Shown piece after piece: positions 11,746 through 20,000 of a stretch of 20,000 nt of DNA. The DNA is taken from the NCBI RefSeq assembly GCF_004010195.1, contig NC_057718.1, forward strand, positions 5,151,051-5,171,050, in the 5' to 3' direction. Both the position numbers and the translations under genes were made by a program. The notes beneath the pieces were generated by a model that did no database searches, was not told where the DNA came from, and saw only the letters and a program-made list of their open reading frames with translations. The DNA comes from Chiloscyllium plagiosum. Taxonomy: Eukaryota. Position 1 is the first letter of the stretch; each line of letters begins with the position of its first letter.

Positions 11746-11874
11746 TTTAGATTAAATTAGATTACATTACAGTGTGGAAACAGGCCCTTCGGCCCAACAA
11801 GTCCACACCGACCCGCCGAAGCACAACCCCTCTGGCGCTGTGAGGCAGCAGTGCTAACCACTGTGCTACCGTGG
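11746..11874 (-). mobile_element. Internally deleted tRNA-derived SINE (HE1-like) nested in the CR1 fragment
   Basis: The minus strand starts cacggtagcacagtggttagcactgctgcctcacagcgccaga (tRNA-like head with A box). It then jumps to a CR1-derived tail (ttgttgggccgaagggcctgtttccacactgtaa) ending in (TCTAA)-type repeats. Confidence 0.85.
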
Positions 11875-12330
11875 CAAAAATTGATTAAGGGTAGTCAGCG
11901 TGGTTTTGTACAAGGAAAATTGTTTCTCATAAACTTGACTGAGTTTTTTGAGGAAGTTACAAAAAAGATTGTTAATGGCAGGGTGGTGGATGGTGTTTAT
12001 TTGGATTTTAGTAAAGGCTTTGACAATGTTCTGCATTGTAGACTAATTAGTAAAGTTTGGTCACATAGGATTCAGGGTGAGTTTGCCAATTGAATACAAA
12101 ATTGGCTTAACATCAGGAGGCAGAGAGTAATGGCAGAGGGTTGCTTTTCAGACTGAGGGCCTGTGACCAGTAGTGTTCCACAGGGATCAGCTCTGGGTCC
12201 TCTTTTGTTTGTCATTTATTTAATGACTTGGATGAGAATACAGAAAGCATGATTAGTACATTTGCAGATGACACCAAAATTGGTGACAGAGTAGAGAGAG
12301 AAGAAGGTTTCCTAAGATTACAAAGGGATC

Positions 12331-13758
12331 ATGAGGTGCCACTATTTCAGAAGGATGGTAAGGACAAGCCAAGGAACTATAGACCGGTGAGCTTGATGGC
12401 AGTGGTGGACAAGTTGTTGGAGGGAATCCTGAGGAAGAGGAGGTACACTTATTTGGAAAGGCAAGGACGGATTAGGGATAATTAACATGACTTTGTGCAT
12501 GGGAAATCATGTCTCACAAACTGATTGAGTTTTTTGAAAAAGTAACAAAGAGGACTGATGACGGCAGAGCAGTAGATGTGATCTATATGGATATCAGTAA
12601 GGCTTTTGACAAGGTACTCCATGGGAGACTGGTGAGCAAGGTTAGATCTTATGGGATACAGGGAGAACTAGCCTCTTGGATACAAAACTGGCTCGAAGGT
12701 AGAAAAGAGAGGGTGGTGGTGAAGGGTTGTTTTTCAGACTTGTGGACAGTGGAGTGCCACAAGGATCGGTGCTGGGTCCACTACTTTTCTTCATTTATAT
12801 AAATGATTTGGATGTAAGCGTAAGAGGTATAGTTACTAAGTTTACAGTTGACATAAAAATTGTAGGTGTAGTGGACAGTGAAGAAGGTTACCTCAGATTG
12901 CAATGGGATCTTGATCAGATGGGCCATTGGGCTGAGGGGTGGCAGATGGAGTTTAATTCAGATAAATGCGAGGTGCTGCATTTTGGGAAAGCAAATCTTA
13001 GCAGGACTTATAGACTTAATGGTAAGATCCTAGGGAGTGTTGCTGAAAAAAGAGACTTTGAAGTGCAGGTTGATAGATCCTTGAAAGTGAAGTCTCAGGT
13101 AGATAGGATAGTGAAGAAGGCATTTGGTATGCTTGCCATTATTGTCAGTTCTTTGAGTATAGGATTGGGAGGTCACGTTGCAGCTGTACAGGACATTGGT
13201 TAGGCCACTATTGGCAGATTGTTCAATTCTCATCTCCCTGCTCTAGGAAGGGTGTCGTGAAACTTGAAAGGGTTCAGAAAAGATTTACAAGGATGTTGCC
13301 AGGATTGGAGGATTTGAGCTACAGGGAGATGTTGAATAAGCTGGGGCTGTTTTCCCTCGTGTATTGGAGGTTGAGGGGTCACCTTATAGAGGTTTACAAA
13401 ATCATGAGGGGTATGAATAGGATAAATACACAGTCCTTTCCCTGGGTGGGGGAGTCCAGAACCAGAGGGCATAGGTTTAGGGTGAGAGGGGAAAGATATA
13501 AAAAAGACCTAAGGGGCAACATTTTCACACAGAGGGTGATATGTGTATGGAATGAGCTGCCAGAGGAAGTGGTGAAGGCTGGTACAATTGCAACATTTAA
13601 AAGGCATCTGGATGAGTATGTGAATAGGAAGGGTGTAGAGGGATACGGGCCAAATGCTGGCAAATAGGACTAGATTAATTTAGGATATCTGATCAACATG
13701 GATGAGTTGTCCCGAAGAGTCTACTTCCATGCTGTATATCTCTATGACTCCATGACTG
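12331..13758 (+). mobile_element. 5'-truncated CR1-clade LINE (HER1-like): RT domain to 3' tail, inactivated
   Basis: Peptides VPLFQKDGKDKPRNYRPVSL, YMDISKAFDKV, SGVPQGSVLGPLLF, a degenerate catalytic motif (FTVD for FADD), [25 protein letters not shown] and FTQRVICVWNELP. Tail ctctatgactccatgact. Split over several frames. Confidence 0.96.
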
Positions 13759-13759
13759 T

Positions 13760-13870
13760 TGTTGGATATTGTCCATATGGTTTCTGGAAGGCATTTGGAA
13801 AGGTGTCATATGAAAGATTATTTGCAAAATTAAGGGTGGAGGGAATGATAGGTAATCTTCTGACAGGCTG
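13760..13870 (+). mobile_element. Older, highly decayed CR1 RT fragment
   Basis: ttggatattgtccatatggtttctggaaggcatttggaaaggtgtcatatgaaagatta resembles the VD..YMDF.KAFDKVPH.RL coding segment. Confidence 0.55.
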
Positions 13871-13877
13871 GTAATTG

Positions 13878-14192
13878 CCTTTTTTCTAGGATGGGGGATT
13901 TCAAGAAAAGGAGGCACATTCTTAAGGTGAGAGGAGAGAGATTTATAAAAGACATGAGGGGCAATTTTTTTTACATAGAGTGTGGTTCGTGTGTGGAATG
14001 AACTTCCTGAGAAAGTGGTGGATGTAGGTACAATCACAATGTTTAATAGACATTTGCATAGATACACGAACAGGAAAGGTTTGGAAGGATATGGGCCAGG
14101 AGCAGGCAGGTGAGATTAGTTTGGGATTGTGTTTGACACTGGCTGGTTGGACCGAAGGGTCTGTTTCTATGCTGTATGACTCTATGACTCTG
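13878..14192 (+). mobile_element. CR1-clade LINE 3' end
   Basis: Parallels 13435-13758 (aaggtgagaggagagagattt..gtgtggaatgaacttcctgag..ggaccgaagggtctgtttctatgctgtatgactctatgactct). Confidence 0.9.
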
Positions 14193-14231
14193 TGTCAGCC
14201 ATACCATGTGAGGACTGCAGAATGACTTTCT

Positions 14232-14395
14232 GTAGAGGACATTAGCGAGCCAGACAGGTTTTTATGACAATTGATTATGGTTTAATGGTTACTGTTTCAA
14301 TTCCAGATTTTACAGATTAAAATTCGGTTCCCCAGCTGTCATGTGAACTTCTGTCCCTAAAACATTAGCCTAGACATTTTCACTGCGCCACTGTC
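14232..14395 (-). mobile_element. Decayed SINE-like repeat remnant
   Basis: ggacattagcgagccagacaggtttttatgacaat..aattccagatttt..aacattagcct resembles the reverse strand of an abundant shark tRNA-headed repeat. Recognition only. Confidence 0.4.
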
Positions 14396-14635
14396 TCTCT
14401 GACTGCTAGTGACATTGATGATGATGTGCCACTAAGGTGGGATGGTAAATTTCAATGGAGCAACTGGTGTTTTTCCATCCTTTTCTGTATAGCCGCTCTC
14501 TCACTCCCTCTGGCCTGTTGAAACTGATTTCTCTGTGGACCCTTCCCAAACTCCTGCCATAACAAGTTACCTGGTTTTAAGGTGGTGCCAACTGGAAAGC
14601 GCCCGATCAGATCAATTGGCACCCAAGAGCGCTGA

Positions 14636-14733
14636 AACAAAAACAGAAATTGCTGGAAAAACTCAGCAGGTCTGGCAACATCTGTGCAGAGAAATCAGAG
14701 TTAACATTTTGGGTTCAGTGACCATCCCTCAGA
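14636..14733 (-). mobile_element. Single-arm Penelope-terminus-like element with decayed hammerhead core and probable 15-bp TSD
   Basis: Homologous to the left arm of 16750-16936. The minus strand reads CTGAGGG-ATGGTCACTGAACCC-AAAATGTTAAC. Flanks are acccaagagcgctga (14621-14635) and acccaagggtgctga (14734-14748), 13/15 identical. Confidence 0.75.
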
Positions 14734-15094
14734 ACCCAAGGGTGCTGAGCTTCTTGATCATCTCCGCCATCCCTCCACTGCATTATTGCATCATCAGGCA
14801 GCACCAGAACTGTAACCATGTGGCCTGGGAGATGGCAATCATTGTGTTGGAGTCTTTGCCATACAGTAAGGATCTTTAAGCTGGAATGTCTCTGCACAAG
14901 GACAGTCTGGGTCAGTGAAAGTAGGCATTCTTCTCAACTTGAGCTCTCCAGACCAAAGGAGGCCATCATTTTAAGGATGGCCAACTCTCAACCAACAGAT
15001 TGTGTCTACCCGAGGTTGGACAGTACCCGAAACATCATATTTTGCTGAATCTCCATTCTTTTCAGGGACATTTTTAGCACATGATCTGGTCAAC

Positions 15095-15455
15095 AGCGAG
15101 GAATCCTGTCGCGAGTAACTCCTCAGACTGTCCATTATCTACCAGGCACATGTCAGGAGTGTGATGGAATACCCCCCACTTGCCTGGATGGATGCAGCTC
15201 CAACAACACTCAAGAAGCTTGACACCATCCAGGACAAAGTAGCTGCTTGATTGGCACCACATCCCCAAGCATCCATTCCCTCTAATATCAACTCTCAACA
15301 TCAGCAGTGCGTACCAACTACAAGATGCACTGCAGTAATTCACCGAAGATCCTCAAATCCATCAATCACTTCCATCTAGAAGGACCAGGGCAGTAGATAC
15401 ACAGGGACATCACCAGCTGCAAGTTGCCTTCCAAACCACTCACCATCCTGACATC
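15095..15455 (+). mobile_element. L2/CR1-group LINE ORF2 C-terminal fragment (different family)
   Basis: Reads IYQAHVRSVMEYPPLAWMDAAPTTLKKLDTIQDKV, the Y...VR..MEY...W RT-thumb signature. Its 3' part is homologous to the reverse complement of ~17690-17745. Confidence 0.8.
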
Positions 15456-16007
15456 AGCTCATATGCATGTGGAGTCAGGGTCTGTAGGATTCAAAGGAGG
15501 ATGCCCTCTCTCACCATCCTCTGTAAACAGGTACATTCAATACACCTATTGCTGTTCACTCACAACAATGTTAGTCTCAGATTACTACAGTTTTAACATA
15601 AAAGTGAAGGTCTTTCAGGGACTCACTTCAGTAGTTCATGGAAAACTGAACTTCTGTAATCAAACAGCAATTTCCAAAACCCCTAATCCTCTTCCTTGGC
15701 ACTGCACAACAATCTGCCAGATCTGGGAGAAGACTTCGTTCCACACAAATTTTTAAAATATTAATTACTTTACAGTCTGGATGTTTTGTCTGCAATGAGA
15801 AATTTGTTCAGGACTTGTTGCCTTTTGTTTCATTTGATTTTCTAATGAGAAACTGAGAATCCCTCAGTACCCAACGAACAATAATAATTTATATTTATGC
15901 AACACCTTCATTAAAACATTCATCTATGTGCTACTCATAAACATTACCAAAAAAAAATTACATTGTTCCACTTAAAGAGACAGTGGCAATTATAATCAAG
16001 ATCATGG

Positions 16008-16189
16008 GGAGAAAGTGAGGTCTGCAGATGCTGGAGATCAGAGCTGAAAATGTGTTGCTGGAAAAGCGCAGCAGGTCAGGTAGCATCCCCTCTTCTCCTG
16101 AAGAAGGGCTTATGCCCGAAACGTCGATTTTCCTGTTCCCTGGATGCTTCCTGACCTGCTGCGCTTTTCCAGCAACACATTTTCAGCTC
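16008..16189. mobile_element. Non-autonomous fold-back element (Penelope-terminus/retrozyme-like) with 15-bp TSD
   Basis: Inverted arms 16040-16088 and 16142-16190 (48/49 complementary). Exact direct repeat taatcaagatcatgg at 15993-16007 and 16190-16204. Hammerhead core in the spacer. Confidence 0.9.
16096..16128 (+). ncRNA. Minimal type I hammerhead ribozyme motif
   Basis: CTGAAGA (16098-16104), A, stem II GGGC-ttat-GCCC (16106-16117), then GAA-ACGT-C (16118-16125) with palindromic ACGU and a GUC cleavage triplet. Stem I is only ~2 bp in this copy. Confidence 0.7.
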
Positions 16190-16749
16190 TAATCAAGATC
16201 ATGGTTAATGAGGGAGGCATAAGACACAACAGAGTGGTGGAGAATGATAAAGAGCTCATTAGAATTCTGAGTGTATGTCTCAAGCAGAGGAAGATACAGT
16301 CACCAATGAAAAGTAGAGATACAGACTAGGATTACAGACAAGCTTTGATATTGGATTGTTCTAGGGCTATTACAGAGATAGAGAGGGGCAAGGCCATGGT
16401 AGCTTTGAAAGCAAGAATGAAGATGGATCTAAAAGCATTTTCTCTGAACACTAAATGATCCTGTTCAAACTTTGCATCTTTTTTGGATTACATGTGAGCC
16501 TATAGTTCCCTGTTGCTTTCTTGCTGGTGTTGTGCAAATTCATGAAATATTAATTCAAAACTTGGGTTCTAAAGTCAACTGAACCATGTGTCGCTTTATG
16601 TTTGATTTGTGTTTCTACGTTGTAGGAGTTAAAAAAGGAAGTTCTAATGCCAGGATGTCTTAAGTTTTGTTAATATTCTTCTAAATTCGATTTTTAAAAA
16701 GAAAATCTTCGAGCTGATTAGTCCAATGATTAAGCAACATATATAGAAG

Positions 16750-16936
16750 AAACAGAAGTTGCTAGAAAAACTCAGCAGGTCTGGCAGTGTCTGTGCAGAG
16801 AATTCAGAGTTAATGTTTTGGGTTTGAGGAAGGGTCACCAGATGTGAAACTTTAACTCTGACTTCTCTTCACAGATGCTGCCAGCCCTGCTGAACCTTTA
16901 CAGCAACTTCTGTTTTTGTTTCTGATTTACAGCATC
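16750..16936. mobile_element. Older fold-back element with decayed hammerhead core
   Basis: The left arm aaacagaagttgct..ctcagcaggtctggcagtgtctgtg..cagagttaa (16750-16813) is imperfectly complementary to ttaactctg..cacagatgctgccag..gcaacttctgttt (16852-16915). The spacer is TTGAGGA-AGGGTCACCAGATGT-GAAAC. Confidence 0.8.
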
Positions 16937-17499
16937 AGTTCCTTTTTTTTAAAAAAAAGGGGTATTAAAAGACAACCAGATTGTCTTTCGACAAAGCCAA
17001 GTTTCACTCTGAAATCTGCCTTGTCCAGTATCACCGCCAGCTGAGATTGTAACAATGGAAAGTTCAATGTAATTGATTGAAAATTGTCACTATTGTGTTT
17101 GTCCTGATGAGTGAAGGATTAAAACCTTCAGCAGCGCATCATTCTTTTCAACAAGCTTTGAGGAAGAAAGTTTTAAAGTTGAGGCAATGCAGGGCTAGGA
17201 GATGGTGTGAGCCAGTGAGCAGAGGGTGAACCAGAGTTTGAGCAAGATACGACAACGGTAGCAGAATTTTGGGTGAGTTCAAGTTCATGGAGGGAAAATG
17301 GTGGAAGCTGAAAATCTGGCCCTGAGTGCATAGGGATAACCCTGAAATGTAGTTAACACTTCGATCAAGTATAAATTAGTGGCTCGTCACTGGGTACCTT
17401 TCAGCTGCAACCTTTCTCATTATTCCAGGCACATTACAGTGCCCAGCAAAGTTCTTTATCTTTCTTAATTATCTTATTGCTGTTCAGCCTTTCCTATTT

Positions 17500-17745
17500 A
17501 TTTATTTTTGGGACATTGACAGTAGTCAGGGCATTTATGACTTGTCTCTTATGGTCTTTGAGAAGGTGGTGGTGAGCTTCATTCTTGAACTACTACAGTC
17601 ATAATGGTGTACTGTAGATAAGCACACCGAGTTACTAAGCACTGCCAGAACTGTTACTTAGTAATAATGGAGAGGCAGTGATATAGTTTTCAGCAAGGAT
17701 GCTGTGTGACCTAGGGAAGAACTTAAAGGTGGTGGTGTCCTCACT
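17500..17745 (-). mobile_element. L2/CR1-group LINE 3' region remnant, same family as 15095-15455
   Basis: ggatgctgtgtgacctagggaagaacttaaaggtggtggtgtcc is the diverged reverse complement of ggacatcaccagctgcaagttgccttccaaaccactcaccatcc (15405-15448). Confidence 0.6.
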
Positions 17746-18384
17746 TGTTTGTAGCTCGCGCACAACATGGGTTTGGGAGTTGGTGTTCGAGGAGTCGTGA
17801 TGAGTTGCTCCCGTGATTTATATATGACAGACTTGAGATTGAGGCCAGGGTTGACCAGACCTACACTTGCCAATTCCGTGGGCTACACACCGAATCACAA
17901 GTGGAATTGTGGACTGAGTGACAGCAGATCGTCTGAATGTTGTGTCCATGATTAGCAAGACTTCAACGGGCTCTGATTGAGAATTCATAGTGTGGTAATT
18001 TAAGTGGAAGAGTGCACTGATAGTCTTACCCCATTGATCCACAAACTATCACAAAATGTATGAATATGTAAAACCGCAGTGAACTCACTTAGAATAAAAG
18101 CAATTCACACCAGGTTTCGTCACAACAGAAAAATAACTTTATTTATTGTAATGCAGTTAACTTTAATGAGAAAAGAGAAAGTGATTTCTAATCTACTGCT
18201 ATGCTACTTAAACTACACCCCTGCAAAACCCCAAATACATTCAGTAAATCAGGATAAAGACAGACAAAAGGTTTAACATCGATTCTATGGCTGCAAAAAT
18301 AATATAGAGCTGGTAAACAAAATTCTAAAGCCCAAGGCCTCAGACGAAGAAGTGGGAAGTTATTTTCTCTGTCCTTTTATTTTG

Positions 18385-18625
18385 ATGAGGAGGATTTTCC
18401 TCTCTCAGACGGTAGTGAATCTGTGGAATTCTTTACTGTGGAGGCTGGGTCATTGAACATATTGAAGACTGAGATAGTTTTTAAAACAGGAAAAGGATTC
18501 AAGAATTAAGGAGAAACGGTAGGAAAGTAGAGTTGAGGGTTATCAGGTCAGCCCTGGTCTAACTGAATGGCAGAGCAAATGTGAAAGGCTGAATGACCCA
18601 TTTGTGCTCTGAGTTCTTGTGGTCT
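18385..18625 (+). mobile_element. CR1-type LINE 3' end remnant
   Basis: tctcagacggtagtgaatctgtggaattcttta (SQ.VVNLWNSL), then gaggctgggtcattg..aagactgagatag..gaatggcagagca..ggctgaatgacc. Confidence 0.8.
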
Positions 18626-18785
18626 AGTTTTAACAATGAAGACATGCTGTTGACTGCAGGCTGAGAGTTGATCTTAATTCAACGGTTGATGGGTAGACTT
18701 GGCTCTGTTGTTCTTAAAATTCTTTCTTGTAAGATTTATCAGTTTTTCTGTGTTTGCCCCACTCAGGGTACTACAGTGAGTTAGG

Positions 18786-18802
18786 GAGAGAGAGAGAGAG
18801 AG
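18786..18802 (+). repeat. (GA)n microsatellite
   Basis: Directly visible dinucleotide run. Confidence 0.85.
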
Positions 18803-19508
18803 CAAGAAGGATCCTTTCTATCTGCAGGCTCTGGATGCCTTTATCACCTTGCTGCCTTGGCGCTTATAGCTTTCAAACAATTCCACAGCTCAACGAGAGG
18901 GCAGTGATGAGGCGAAAATAACTTCACTCAAAAAGATTCTCAGTGTTGCTGGGTCTCAAATTCTCTCCCTCACTGCTTCAAAAGATGATATTATACTGTG
19001 CAACTCAAATAAATATGCAGTACTTCATTTTCATAAGTTTCTCAACTCTCGCTGCACTGCAGCTGTCCAACTTACATTTCAGTTGATACTCCCAGTTGCG
19101 ATCTCTTACAACATGTCCACAGTATCTTCCAGCCTCAGTACATCCCAATATATTTTAGAGCCAACAAAGTATGTTTTGAATGTTGTTACTGTTGTGATTG
19201 CACTAGGAGACATAAAGTTAAGAAGATAGTGAGATCCAAGACTGGAATAGGTTAGGAAGCTCCAGTGACCATATTGTCACTGCGTCCTTCACACTAAATA
19301 CAGTTATTAGCCTGGGACACCCCTCTCTATACTACCTACCTCCTTTTAACCACAAAGAAAGAAAAATACACTGTGTGTGTGTGAGAGGGAGGGAGAGAGA
19401 CAAAGCGGAGTAAAGAGTCAGAGAAACAAACAACATGGAGACAAAAAAGAATGTGGCTCCGATCTCTGATCATACATCATGCTGCAAGAAATTGACCACT
19501 AATGCATT

Positions 19509-20000
19509 AACAAAGAACAAAGAAGATTTACAGCTCACAAACAGGCCCTTCGGCCCTCCAAGCCTGAGCTGATTCAAATCCACTGTCTAAATCTACTGCC
19601 CAATTCCTAAGCATCTGTATCCCTCTGCTCCCCAACTACTCATGCATCTGTCCAGACACACCTTAAATGAATCTGCCTGCCTATACTGCAATGCATTCTA
19701 GGCACCCACCACCCTCTGTGTAAAGTACTTGCTGCGTATATGCCCCTTAAACTTTCCACCTCTTGCCTTGAATGCGTGACCTCTCATTATTGAATCCCTT
19801 ATCCAGGAAAAAGCTTATCTCTATCTACCCTTTCTACACCCTTCATGATTTTGTAGACCTCAATCAGGTCCCCTCTCAATCTCCTCTTTTCTAATGAAAA
19901 CAGTCCTAACCTACTCAACCTTTCTTCATAGCTAGCACTTTCCATACCAGGCAACATCCTTGTAAACCTTCTCTGCACCCTCTCCAAAGCGTCCACATCC
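19509..20000 (-). mobile_element. CR1-clade LINE 3' end, continuing beyond the window
   Basis: ORF 19799..19996(-) reads [50 protein letters not shown]. The tail repeat aacaaagaacaaagaa is at 19509-19524. Confidence 0.95.

Larger units (their letters stand above)
11445..12330 (+). mobile_element. CR1-clade LINE ORF2 (reverse transcriptase) fragment, disrupted
   Basis: Peptides KVDKSPGPD, EVPNDWRVANVVPLFK, NYRPVSLTSVVGKLLE, YLDFSKGFD, VPQGSALGPLLF and FADDTK. Contains stops and frameshifts and two internal insertions. Confidence 0.95.

Noticed and set aside
11523..13667. Reverse transcriptase ORFs as a functional or domesticated gene or a retron-like system
   Set aside because: Multiple stops and frameshifts, a mutated catalytic motif in the longer copy, and ordinary CR1 tails mark these as dead LINE fragments.
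16941..16960. Perfect 20-bp palindrome CC-T8-A8-GG
   Set aside because: Low-complexity homopolymer juxtaposition, common in AT-rich genomes.

Overview
Vertebrate genomic DNA, almost certainly a cartilaginous fish (shark-type CR1/HER1 LINEs, HE1-like and Deu-domain SINEs). Bases 955-4555 (+) hold the last four coding exons of a phosphatase and actin regulator (PHACTR) gene, most similar to PHACTR2: the final RPEL repeat, the PP1-binding domain and the FHRP-stop end. A probable ~3.6 kb 3'UTR follows, ending near AATAAA 8110-8115. The rest of the window is intergenic and filled with decayed CR1/L2-clade LINE fragments and SINEs, and most computed ORFs are spurious or LINE remnants. The most notable item is a set of short non-coding fold-back elements with minimal hammerhead-ribozyme cores, of the kind known from Penelope-like element termini. 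The best copy (16008-16189) has 49-bp inverted arms, an intact CUGANGA/GAAA core and an exact 15-bp target-site duplication. Related decayed copies lie at ~3292-3430, 14636-14733 and 16750-16936, and a distinct variant at ~17080-17150. Repeat-family names come from recognition, not from a database search.
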